From contig NW_027117340.1 in assembly GCF_038025025.1 (NCBI RefSeq), forward strand, positions 124,001-188,000: a stretch of DNA of 64,000 nucleotides. Reading direction: 5' to 3'. Shown piece after piece: positions 1 to 11,004 of this stretch (position 1 is its first letter; each line of letters begins with the position of its first letter). The notes beneath the pieces were generated by a model, which was not told the origin of the DNA, did not search any database, and saw only the letters and a list, made by a program, of their open reading frames with translations. Position numbers and translations under genes: made by a program. Source of the stretch: Phyllosticta citribraziliensis (Eukaryota).

Positions 1-854
1 GGCACAGTCGGGATTGACGGTTGAGGTGGTGTGCGATGCGTGGTTCTTTGTTGTTGTTGGTCTTTTGTCGTTTGGATGCTTGCGTTGGCCGACTGGCTGC
101 TTCTGGCAGCTCTTACCTTCTTTGTCTGCATAACTTTTGACAGCACGTCGCAATTGGTTCTATGTCAACAGAGTTCTTCTTGTTAGCGAGACGCCACCTT
201 GGTCGGATACCGCTGACATGCCTTGCGCCCTGTTCTCATCGTCATCCTGGTCAAAATGTCACCACAAGTACGGATGCCAAAAGCTGTTCCCATCCACCAC
301 CATCACTTGAAAGCCACCTGCCATCACATGCCACCATCACTCCGCAGTTTCTGGCCCAACAAGCAGCAGCCTGTCTATTCTGAACACATGGCACCAAAAT
401 ATCCACGTGAAGCCGTTTCTGCAGCGATCTGGTTTCGCGGATCGCTCCCGTAGTTCAGTGTCCCTCAGTAAGTCGCCAGGCCCAAAATCACCGAGCTTTC
501 TCTCCTCGCGATGGCCATGGTATCGTGCGCCACAGCACCGCCAAAGCGTCTCTTCACAAGTGAAGCGGCGTTTCGGCGACGAAAGCACCGCGATGCGAGA
601 AGTGCGGTTCAGGGACACTGCTAAACCCTGGACGCGAGTGCAGTCCAGTCCAGTCCATCCCTTGCAGAACATGACTTCAGGGTCTTGTGGTACCGCTGCG
701 CCAGTCTGCGACAATTCGGGGAAAAGGGGGGTGTTGAGGGAGTGTAAATTTGGTCGAAAGGGTCTCATGTCAGTGAAGCCGATTCCTTCAGGGGCACGGA
801 TGGGAGGCAACGGGGCCTTACACGACGAGGGGAGGTAAGTAGTCTTGCCCATTG

Positions 855-934
855 GGAGCATTCGTATACTCTAACAGGCGACTGGTGAGGAGCATTCGTA
901 TGCTGTGACAGATGGCTGATAGGGAGCATTCAAG
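855..934. repeat. Decayed 34-bp tandem repeat (about 2.3 units)
   Basis: GGAGCATTC recurs at 855, 889 and 923, an exact 34-bp period. Units 1 and 2 differ at 9 of 34 positions, 8 of them transitions. Confidence 0.6.
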
Positions 935-1299
935 TGTCGAGCATCGTGATCGAGAGGTCGTGTATGCCACGGCTTTTGCTCCAACCCTCGTATCCTGGGT
1001 CAAAGAAGTGCAACCAGGGACCAGCAACGCCATTAAGGGCGTGATTCCCCGGTTGACTGTCTCCGGTTAAGGGGCCGTAGGGCAAGTTAACATGCCAATC
1101 GGCGGCACCGGAGTCTTGACTACCGACCAACACCTCAACCACAGACCGCGAAATCGTGACCACATATCGCGCATTGTACCACCTTTACTCTTGCATGTGG
1201 TCCGAGTCACTCAAGGTGGTTGAGGTTAGCTAAGTAGGCCAGTGCTCGTCGGAAGGGAGGGTATAAGGCTTGCGCTCCCGCCGCTCAGCTTCTCTCTAC

Positions 1300-1960
1300 T
1301 TCATTTCTCGACATCTATCGCCATATCTTCCATCTTCCCCCGCCTTATCCGCCGCCTCCCATCTCTTTCTCTCTTTCTTGTCTCTCTCTCGTCTGTCTCT
1401 TTCCAGTCTCTGTCTTTCTTTCCAGTCCCTGTCTTTCTTTCCAGTCCCTGTCTTTCTTTCCAGTCCCTGTCTTTCTTTCCAGTCTGTCTCTTTCTTTCCA
1501 GTCGCCTGTATATCTTACCATATATCCCATCTACTGTTTCCCACCATCTTCACCATCTCGCGCCATCTCTGCCATCTCCTCCATTTCTTAACATTACCGC
1601 CATCTCACCGCAATCTACCCCCATATCTTCCATCTTCCCCCGCCTTATTCGCCTTCTCCCTAGTCTCTGTCTTTCTTTCCAGTCAGTCTCTTTCCAGTCG
1701 CCTGTATATCTTGCAATATATCCTATCTACTCTCCATTTCTCAATATTGCTGCCATCTACCCCCCCATCTACCGCCATCTCACCTCTCATCTTCCCCCGC
1801 CTTATTCGCCTTCTCCCTAGTCTCTGTCTTTCTTTCCAGTCAGTCTCTTTCCAGTCTCTTACAGTCGCCTGTATATCTTACAATATGTCCCATATGTCCC
1901 ATGTCAACGCCATCTATACCGCCATCTCGTCTCACATTCCCCCGCCTTATCCGCCACCAG
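1300..1960. repeat. Pyrimidine-rich composite direct-repeat block: 3-4 degenerate copies of a ~150-300 bp unit with an internal 19-bp minisatellite
   Basis: ATCTTCCCCCGCCTTAT(C/T)CGCC at ~1332, ~1632, ~1789 and a variant at ~1935. GTCGCCTGTATATCTT at ~1501, ~1697 and ~1864. CCAGTCCCTGTCTTTCTTT repeated about 4 times at ~1403-1480. Confidence 0.85.
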
Positions 1961-2597
1961 GTCGAGTCGCTGCCTGGCTAAACAAAGCACTGGGCGGGTG
2001 GGTATCTCCAGTCCGCAAGGGCTGGGGGGATTACACCAGCAAACAACATGTATTTGGTAAGTCAAACTTCCTTCCCTCGTTTGGTTCCGCTTTTGTGGCG
2101 TTGGCATCGCTGCCGTCAGTCCTCCTCCTTCGTTCATTGTCAGTACGGTCTTCCCGGCCGGCCCCTTCATCTCGTCGTTCGCTTTCAAGTCGCAGGGCAA
2201 ATCGACTGCCTGCGGAGTCTGCTACAGGGAACACACTGGCGACACAGGAAAGGCCAGTTGTTGGAAGATCGATTCCTCAATTCCACTACTTGTTCGTCCG
2301 TGATTTGATTATTCTTCCGCTTGCCGCAGCATCGGCAACAACAGTGGCGGAGGAAGGAGAAAAGAGACGGGACAAATTGACCAACGACCGACCGACCGAC
2401 CTGCTCACCGACACTACTTGGAAACACGAGCGAGCAGACAGACTCATGACGCCTTGTCCGAAAGATCGACTACTGGACGACGCCTGTCGCCAAGACGAGA
2501 GAACAAAAGACCGCATCACGACAAATTCCCCTCGACACAGCAGCCATCGCAAACCCACCTGTTGCCTATCAGCCTACCTTGCGTCTGTCGGCTTTGT

Positions 2598-4149
2598 CTA
2601 CTTCGCAGCGACGCCGTTGCCAGCGCCATTGTGAGCAGCGCCGTCCTGAATCTTGAGCGCCTTGACCCCGCGAGCGAGAATTTCGTCGACCTCGTCCTTG
2701 TGCTTGCTAAAGTTGTCGACCAGGTTGTCCCACATGGCCGGCTCGTGTTCGTGCAAATTTGGGCTCTTCCACGCGTAGTCGGTGATGGTGAACGGGCGGC
2801 TGGACTCAAACATAAAGGCGATGCTGCCTTTGGAGATTTGGATCTGGGGCTGCTCCTCGGCGCTGGCGCCGCGGAACTGCTCGTAAGCGACGCCGTGCGG
2901 CACCATGCCGCACTCGAAGCTGATGCTGCCGGGCTCGAAGCCGTCGCTGCGGCCGCCGTAGACGCCGTAGATGAGGCCCATGAGCTCCGACGCGACGTTG
3001 CGGTGGTAGTACGGCGGACGGTACGTGTGGCTGGCGACGTCCCAGCGGGGGCTGAAGATGAGAAAGTCGGCCAGAGGCGCGGCCGGGTCTCGCGAGCGCG
3101 CAGTCAGCACGCAGAAGATGGACGGGTCGATGTGGTCGACGCTGATGGAGCCCACGTTGACAAACTTGGTCAAGTCGTACTTGTACGGCACATAGTTGCC
3201 GTGCCAGGCCACCACGTCGAACGGGCAGTGGTTTTGCCGCGACGCGAAGAACTTGCCGCCCATCTTGTACGTGATGCCCCAAGGGGCTGCGTCGCCCGTG
3301 CTGCGGTACGCCGCCTTGGGATGCAAGAAATCGCGCACGTTGGCGAGTCCGTTGGCCCCCAGTGGCCCCAGCTCTGGCAGGTCCCAGTGCGATCCCCAGA
3401 TTTCGAGAATGTAACCCCGCGTGGGTCCGTCAACGGACACGCGGATGCGCTGACCTCGTTGGATCACGCAGATTTCGCCCGGCTGCACATACAGCGGCCC
3501 GAACTCCGTCTCAATGTCGAGCGCGCCTTGCTGCGGGACGATGAGCATTTCGCCATCACTGTTGACGAACGCGGTGTTATCCATGCTCTTGTTGGCCACG
3601 TAGACGTGCGTCGCGAGGCCCTCGCGCAGGGTGGGGTCTCCGCTGCCGGCGATGGTGCGCAGACCGCGGACAAAGTCCGTCTCCTCGGAGGGAACATCAA
3701 TGGGACGCCAGGCTAGCTGTGTGGGCGAGATGTGCACGCGGGGATTGATTGTGAGAAAGTTCGCCTCGGTATCAGGGTTATCGGGCAGGTCAGTCTGAAT
3801 TGTCAGTCGGATTCTCCATCAAAAGCGGTCTACTCACAAAGCCCTGATGCGCCACGGCCGGCCTCGCTCGATACAGGTATGAGCGCTTGTTCAATTGGCG
3901 CGATGCCGTAAAGGCGGTACCCGTCATTTGTTCGGCATAGAGCCCAAAGCGTACAGCGCGTGGGTTGTTTTGGCCGCGCGGAATGGTGCCAGGAACCGCC
4001 TCCGACTCGAAGCTGTTGCCAAAGCCGGACTGATATTCGTACGGATCATTCTTGCGAGTCGCAAATGACTGGATTGAGCCATCCTTTTGGGTCTCTGCCC
4101 AGTGGAAGATGTCCTGGTACTCGGTGGGGTTGCTCAGCTGTGCGGGCAT
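2598..4149 (-). CDS. Homogentisate 1,2-dioxygenase-family enzyme (non-canonical paralog), 502 aa; exons 4149-3838, 3794-2598
   Basis: HGD-family motifs: YQSGFGN, GLYAEQ..GTAFTA, NSDGEMLIVPQQG, LPELGPLGANGLAN.RDF, PFDVVAWHGNYVPYKYDL, DHIDPSIFCVLT, RPPYYHRN..SE, PHG, AFMFES. A 43-nt GTGAGT...CTGAC...CAG intron joins the two ORF-track pieces in frame. Confidence 0.95.
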
Positions 4150-4518
4150 GATTGCGGTGGTTTCGAGGTCTCAAGGTGTCGAGATTTGAGTAACAAAGAC
4201 GAAGAGAGAGCCCGCTGGCTCAATTCTAATATAGTGGAAGCCATGGCTGCAGCGGCAGTTGTTGTGAAGAGCGAGGGTGGTGAATGCGGGGTACTGATCT
4301 GATCTTGGTGAGACTTGGCGGCGCCAACTGACGTGCAGGCGACGAGATGGTTACACGCGCGCGCTGACCAAATGTTGACTAAACTCATTCTCAGCCCTTG
4401 CTTGACGATTGACTTTGCCAACCAGCCTTGCGACTCGCCCAGCCCGTCTCTCTACGCTCGGTTAAAAGGGTCCCGAACACATCGCCAACTCTGTCGCTAT
4501 CAGCTCGAGTCTCTTGCC

Positions 4519-5487
4519 ATGACGCTGCTCCCTCCGAGCCAACCGAACCAATCCTTCGTCACAGTCTCTCCAATCGCTGGCGGTTACTTTACCCTTCCCG
4601 AGCGCTTCTTCGTTAGTCCTGCGCTTCACGATGCGAGACACTTCAAGCCGTCGCTGTCGTTTTTGGTAACTCACTCCGGCTGTGAGCTTTTGAATCATGG
4701 CAAACGCGCCTCGTCTCCGTCATTCCGCAAGCCCTTCAAACTGCTATTCGACCTTGGCTTGAGGAGTTCCAAAGACCGCTACACGCCACCACAGCAAGCA
4801 CACTTGGAAACCCGTCAGCCATACCGACTGGCTGGCGTCGCCGAGCAGCTCAGGTCTGGCGGAGTTGACCCTGCAAGCATTGATGTCGTCGTGTTGAGCC
4901 ATGTCCACTATGACCACCATGGGGATCCGGAAGACTTTCCCAATGCTCACTTCATCGTTGGTCCAGGTTCTCTCGACGTGCTCCGGAACGGCGTGGCAGC
5001 CAAAGGCTCACACCAGCATTTTGACCCCAACCTGTTGCCCGAAGACCGCACAGAGGAGCTTCCAAGCACGCTACCAGTCGCCAATGAGTTTAGCAACAAA
5101 AGCCACTGGAACTGGCAACCGATTGGCCCGTTTCCCGCCGCGCTCGATCTCGTAGGCGATGGCTCGATGTATGTAGTAGACGCTCCAGGCCATCTCCCTG
5201 GACATTTGAACCTCCTGTGTCGAACCGGACCGTGGTCGTGGATGTGTTTGGCAGGCGACGCCTTTCACGACCGTCGAATCTTGACCGGAGAAAAGGACAT
5301 TGGCACATGGGAGGACGAGGCCGGGCATACCAATTGCATCCACTTTGACAAGAAGGCGGCCATGGAGTCGATTGAAAGACTGCGCAAGCTGATGGAGGAT
5401 AAAAACGTCGAGGTCGTCGCTGGCCACGATGAGGAGTGGCTCGTAGAGAATGAAGATTTGTTGTTCGGCGCCGACGAGAATCTGTGA
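4519..5487 (+). CDS. Metallo-beta-lactamase-fold hydrolase (AHL-lactonase/fungal lactamase-like), 322 aa, intronless
   Basis: HxHxDH motif SHVHYDHHG plus LLFDLG, DAPGHLPGH, LAGDAFH and VAGHD metal-ligand motifs. The first in-frame ATG is at 4519. Confidence 0.9.
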   Translation: MTLLPPSQPNQSFVTVSPIAGGYFTLPERFFVSPALHDARHFKPSLSFLVTHSGCELLNHGKRASSPSFRKPFKLLFDLGLRSSKDRYTPPQQAHLETRQPYRLAGVAEQLRSGGVDPASIDVVVLSHVHYDHHGDPEDFPNAHFIVGPGSLDVLRNGVAAKGSHQHFDPNLLPEDRTEELPSTLPVANEFSNKSHWNWQPIGPFPAALDLVGDGSMYVVDAPGHLPGHLNLLCRTGPWSWMCLAGDAFHDRRILTGEKDIGTWEDEAGHTNCIHFDKKAAMESIERLRKLMEDKNVEVVAGHDEEWLVENEDLLFGADENL

Positions 5488-5618
5488 TGCCGGTCTGGAG
5501 GACAAGCCCCACGTGATGCCAGGTACAAAGTTACTTTTGAAGCTAGACGTCACCTCGCCCCTCTTCGTGCTGGGCTGATCTCGGACAGGCAACATACCCT
5601 CTTCATACAACCGACAAA

Positions 5619-6636
5619 ATGTCCTTCTCGTACGACACCATTGGATTCATCGGGGTGGGAAGCATGGGCCAACACATGGCTGACAATCTGCTCCAAAAGT
5701 TGGAAAGCGTACGGCTCTACGTCCACGACGTTTCTCGGGCCCCCGTCGATGCTTTGTGCTCGAAGTATCCGGAAAGAGTCGTGGCCTGCGCCAATTCCCA
5801 ACAGGTGGCAGAACACTCGGTAGTATCTTGCGCCGCTTCAGCAGCCAGGTGAACTGAACTCGTGCCTTCAGTCTCTAATCTTGTCCATGGTACCAGAAGG
5901 CTCGCACGTCCGCGACGTATACCTGGATCCCTCGACTGGCATTCTCGTCGCCGATGCGTCCAACAAGATACTGATAGACTGCTCAACGATCGATGCCGCA
6001 ACGTCTCTTGCTGTACGCGAGCAGACGCGATCGCTCTATCCCACCGCGTCCTTTTACGACGCTCCGGTATCTGGCGGGGTTCTCGGTGCGCAGCGGGCCA
6101 CGCTCACATTCATGCTTGGCTGCTCGCCCACAGATCCCAACATGCCGCTCCTGCGGGATCTGCTGGGGAAAATGGGATCCAACATCTTTGCCTGCGGCGG
6201 ACCGTCTCTGGGACTGGTTGCAAAGGCGTGCAACAATTACTGCAGCGGGCTCATTGCCATTGCGACGTCGGAAGCCATGAACATTGGCATGGCGGCGGGA
6301 ATGGATCCACGGCTCCTGAAGCAGATTTTCGACTCCAGTACCGCTCAGAGCACCATTCTAGACAAGTGGTGTCCGGTTCCGGGAATCCTGCCCGAGGTCC
6401 CCAGCAGCAATGGCTACAAGGGGGGTTTCAAGGTGCAATTGATGCGCAAGGACTTTGGCCTGGCGGTCGACACGGCCAAACGGCTGGGTGTGCGGCTTGC
6501 ACTGGGAGACGTGGGCTTGGAAACGTACACGGCAGCCATGAACGACCCGCGATGCAGAGACTTGGACTCGAGAGTGGTGTATCGGTTTCTGGGAGGAAAC
6601 GAGGACTGGGAGAAGGATTTTGAAAACGTGGACTGA
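5619..6636 (+). CDS. 3-hydroxyisobutyrate dehydrogenase / beta-hydroxyacid dehydrogenase family, 321 aa; exons 5619-5819, 5872-6636
   Basis: Rossmann motif FIGVGSMGQHMA, IDCSTID, DAPVSGGVLGA..ATLTFM, catalytic Lys in AKACNN, and VPSSNGYKGGF..LMRKD. A 52-nt phase-0 intron links the two ORFs. Confidence 0.92.
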
Positions 6637-7516
6637 GATTCGGCCCCACTCGACAAATACTGCTTTACTCGACGCAAACCTCCGATTCATACAGTCTACC
6701 TAAACCCATTCTTCGCCCGTCTCTGATGCCGACCGGACATAGCATCGACAGCTCTGCCGGTATCTACTTACAAATGTATACCTCGAATCACCGCCACGAG
6801 CCGTTGTCTCGTTAAGTGCCACAGCTGCTGCAAGCAAGCATGCAAGCAAGCAAGCTTCTCTTCACCCCACCTCCTCAGGCGCCCCGCACGCCCTGCTACC
6901 CCACATTTCATCGCGAAAGGGATCCCTGCATGAAGACCATCGATGGCAGCGCGAGCCGAACCCAAGCAACTCTCTGAAGCTCGACAGACTGCGTTTTGCG
7001 CGCCAGCCCCGCCGGCGGCAAGAATTGGCTAAGTGGCAGGATTCTGTCCCGGCGCTGCGGGTCATGATGTCGAGGACTGTGGGGCAGGGCCATGGGTTCC
7101 TTGCGTCGGAAGGGGAGCAATCCGACGTCGGTGGCATGCATGGCGTCAAGCACCGCAGACAGCGATGGGACACCCCTCATCTTTCTCTTTTGCAACTTGC
7201 GGGCGCTGCCGAACACGAACGACTGTGAGGGGCTAGGCTGATTGACGGGTGTAGAAGTAGAACCGCTGCGCTTGTTGGTATTTGTAGCTTACTCGCTTCT
7301 AGGTTTGGTTTTGCATCTGAGGCAGTTTCGTTTGCTTGTGGATAAGAGCTAGGACGATTTCATCTTGGATTGGGAAGCATTGGCTGATTAGTTGACGAGA
7401 GTTTCGCAAGTGTTCTTGCCGCCACCAGCCTACGACATTCGACCACCCGGCTCCGTTGGTCAGACCTGCTATTCACAGTCTTCCGACTCGACACGCCTCA
7501 ACCCACGGCAAACGCA

Positions 7517-8994
7517 ATGCCCATCAAGGACATCACCATCGTCGGCGCCGGGCCGTCAGGCCTGCTCCTGGCCCTCATGCTCCTCCGCAACCCAAACAAC
7601 CCCTCCATCACCCCGCCGCGCATCACCATCATCGAAGCGCTAGACCTGCGCGGCGACACGCGCCCGCGCGCCGCGTACTACGGGCCGAGCGCCGTGCCCG
7701 AGATGATGCGGGCCGGCATCCTCGACGAGATCAAGCGCCGCGGCTACGTGCCGCGGTGGATGACGTGGAAGAAGCTGTGGAGCGCAGAGCGCGCGGCGGC
7801 CGTCAAGGGCACGCCGCGCGAGGCCGAGGGCGGCGCTGAGCTGTTGGGCACGCTGGATTTGGATTGCGGGTGGGATCGGCAGGCGTGCTTGCCGCTCGAT
7901 GCGCTGAGCAGGCTGATTCGGGAGGAGGTCGAGGCCGAGGTGGCTCGGGGCCGTGGTGAGTGCAAAATTCGGTGGTGCGAGAAGGTCGTCGCGATTGGAG
8001 AGGAGGGCGAGAGGGCGTGGGTGGACACCGAGGCGGTCGAGGGGGAGGGAGACGCTCAGGGGGCCGAGAAGCCGCGAAAGCGGTACTACTCCGACTACGT
8101 CGTTGGCTGCGACGGGGCGAGCAGCACAGTCCGCCGTCTGATGTTTGGCGAGAACAACTTCCCAGGCATGACATGGGACAAGCAAATCATAGCAACCAAC
8201 GTGCGGCGCCCCTCCATTCGTCCACGCATCCACTGACACGCCCTAGGTCCACTACGACTTCTCGCGCTGGGGCTACCACGACATCCAATTCTTCATCCAC
8301 CCCGAGCACTGGCACATGGTGGCGCGGCTGACGGCAGGCGAATACTGGCGCGTATCGTACGGCGAGCGCAGCGGCCTCTCGCACGACGAGCTCGTGGCCC
8401 GCTGCCCGGCCAAGTTCGCCGCCATGTTCCCGGGCCACCCCTCCCCCAGCGAGTACAAGATCACCGGCTTCAGCCCGTACAAGGTGCACCAGCGGCTGGC
8501 GCCGGCGATGCGGCGCGGGCGCTTCGTGCTGGCGGCCGACGCCGGGCACGTGTGCAACCCGTTCGGCGGGCTGGGGCTGACGGGCGGCATCGTCGACGTG
8601 GGCGGGCTGTACGACTGCCTCGCGGGCATCCACGAGGGCGTGGCCGACGACGCCATCTTGGATACGTACAGTGATGTGCGACGGCAGAAGTACCTCGATG
8701 TGACGGACCCCGTCAGCCGCGAGAATATTCGGAGGCTGTTTGATCAGGACCCGGAGCAGGCGAGCGAGAAGGATGAGTTTATCAAGCTGATCAATCGGGC
8801 GGCGGCGGATAGGAAGACGCAGGAGGAGCTGAACGACGTAAGTTTCTTCCCCTTTGTTCGTCGTTTGTCCTCTCTTTTGGCATGCGTACACGATGACTGA
8901 CAGCGCCTCGCAGTTCATGCGCGCCATCAAGTACGACTTTACGCAGCACTACAAACGCAGCAGCGGGTCAGGTGCGAGTGCTGAGAAGCTCTAG
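7517..8994 (+). CDS. FAD-dependent aromatic monooxygenase (group A, FAD_binding_3 type), 451 aa; exons 7517-8200, 8247-8837, 8914-8994
   Basis: Fingerprints IVGAGPSG, VVGCDGASSTVRR and FVLAADAGHVCNPFGGLGLTGGIVD. Two introns with CTGAC branch sites close the frame. Confidence 0.92.
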
Positions 8995-10598
8995 ATCCGC
9001 GGCGTTGTATATGCATTAGTATATATCAGCATCTTCTTCCAACATGCCTAGACCGCGTCAAGTCATCCACCATCAACGTGCAACGCGTAGAAACTCGTCG
9101 AAACTGGAGAGTGTTTGGGTCCTGCGAGCCTAGCCACGGCATGAAAACAGCGTGCAGAGCCTGCTTGACCGTCTCAGCAGACGTCGGACGAGGTGGTGAC
9201 ATCATTGCCCAGGTACTTACCATCACCACTCACTCACTTCACGATTCTCCCAGCAACAGCTGTTTCTCGCACGCTGCAGTGCCCCTCTCGAGAGCAGTTC
9301 CTCTCCTTTGCACGCAGACTCCAAGACCACATCCGTGACATTCAAGGAAGTGACGTCGAAACAGAGGTCGTCGTTCGTCGTTCGTGTCGCGCCACCCAGC
9401 CCGCACGCACGCACGTCCCAGCCCTCTCCTCCCCCGGACACGACACGCCACACCACACCACGCCACCCCCTTCCAGCGACCCGACATGTCCCGACGCACC
9501 CGTCCTGCCACACCACCACCTCAATCAGCGCTCCCGACCGTTCCCGACGCGCATGGAAAAGCTGGAGACGAACAGCGGAGCAGACTAGAGACGCGATGAG
9601 TGAAGGAGCTCGTGCGGCAGCGGCGGCGGCGGCGGCGGACACAGACGGGGTGTCTGTCTTTGAGTGTGGATCTTATCTGCGCAGATCGTGTATGCTTCTC
9701 GCACAAAACCATGAAGCAGTCGGCGTGCGGCGTGAGGCTCAGGCGCAAGGAAGGTATGAAAGGAAAGTGCGTGCAGCAACACTACCATCACCATTCACTC
9801 TCCGTCCCTCGTCTTCTACGCCGCCGTTCTGCTAGACATCGTAGGAGTGAGAAGATGGGACGGCAAATAAGGCGGTGATGGTGGTGCTGTATGTAGTTTG
9901 AATTGCCGTTTCAGACTGCGCAGCAGCTGTGCTCGAGTGAGCTGATGCTGGTCCCGTCCTCACTCTGCCCTGTGTCGTGATTGGCCCGACACCGAATACA
10001 TGTAGGCTCTGCTGAGAGTCACGCGAGCGAGGGCTGCGCTGCGCCACACCCAGCCAGCCCTATGCACGCACGCACGCACGCACATTTTCAGCGTGTGCAG
10101 AAATCAGGAGGCGCGCGTGTACTTGCTCGGAGCATATCGGAACGCGTGCGTAGTGTGCTGTCTGTCTGCTGAGGTCCGAGGCCGACGGGACGGGACGGGG
10201 GGACGACGAAAATAGACGATGTGTCGAGTTCGTGCGTGCGTTATCGGTGTGGACTCGCGTGTTGTCGTTGCCGTCGTCTCGTTTGCGCGCGCGTGTGGGG
10301 AGATGCGTGAGTGATGCGCGTGTGAGATGGAATGACGCTGGCTGCTGCGCTGGCTGCGAAGGAAGAAAAGGAGGGAGGGTCGAGGTGCCTTACCGCCCTA
10401 CATATGTACTCTATATAACCACACGCCAAGTACCTACATGACTCTCTGTTCTGCATCAACACACAAACACACGTCTATTGAGAACTTACCTACCTACCTT
10501 ACGCGCACGATCATCATCGACAAACGACCTGCTCCTGTCGGTCAATCAAATCCACACCAAATCCAAACAAACCACAAACCACAAACCACACCACCAAC

Positions 10599-11004
10599 AT
10601 GGCCTCAACACCGTCAACCGCCTTCATGGCATGCAGCGAAACAGGCCACTGCCGCGCCCAGCGACACGACATGGACATTGAAACGCTGACGGCGCGCCTG
10701 ACGCAACCGCAACACCAACACCAACACCAGCACGTGGTACGTTTCTCCTCTCTCCTCTTTCCAGCCCATCAATCCATCCTACCTCTCTCCCTCTAGCATC
10801 AGCCAGAACAGAGCAGAGCAGCCAGAGCAGCCAAAGCTAACAGCACACTGCTAGCACCCCGCCAACACGCACTCAACCACAGCCTCAACCACGTCATCAA
10901 GCGCCGTCGCGTCAGGCGCGAGCACGCCGTCCGCTGCCAGTCTGTGGATGAATCCGCGCGTGTGCAGGCGCTGCGGCAGTGCGGGGGGTGCGGTGTGTTT
11001 TTAA
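10599..11004 (+). CDS. Putative microprotein A, 95 aa, Ser/Thr-rich, C-terminal CRRCG..VCF; exons 10599-10736, 10855-11004
   Basis: TATATAA at 10412-10418, CA-rich leader ending CCAAC-ATG, GTACGT donor, GCTAAC branch, TAG acceptor at 10854. The spliced frame is open to TAA at 11002-11004, and the C-terminal motif is shared with the 13582 gene. Confidence 0.6.

Noticed and set aside
337..861. 174-aa minus-strand ORF and overlapping ORFs in the first 1.2 kb
   Set aside because: No recognisable motif, no GC3 bias and no convincing splice model. It may be a relic but I cannot support it.
855..934. Regularly spaced short repeats as a CRISPR-like array
   Set aside because: Eukaryotic context, no cas genes, and the 'spacers' are homologous to each other, so this is a tandem repeat.
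1242..2634. 454-aa and 192-aa plus-strand ORFs
   Set aside because: Open only because the C/T-rich repeat block lacks stop codons. The translation mirrors the DNA repeats.
2418..3716. 432-aa plus-strand ORF
   Set aside because: Antisense shadow of the GC3-rich HGD gene.
6640..7516. Possible fifth cluster gene or regulator between the dehydrogenase and the monooxygenase
   Set aside because: Only short ORFs without motifs, with no Zn2Cys6 pattern or splice-supported model.
9000..10400. ORFs of 130-175 aa, checked as a possible third microprotein paralog
   Set aside because: Microsatellite-derived low complexity, with no CxRCG terminal motif and no matching intron.
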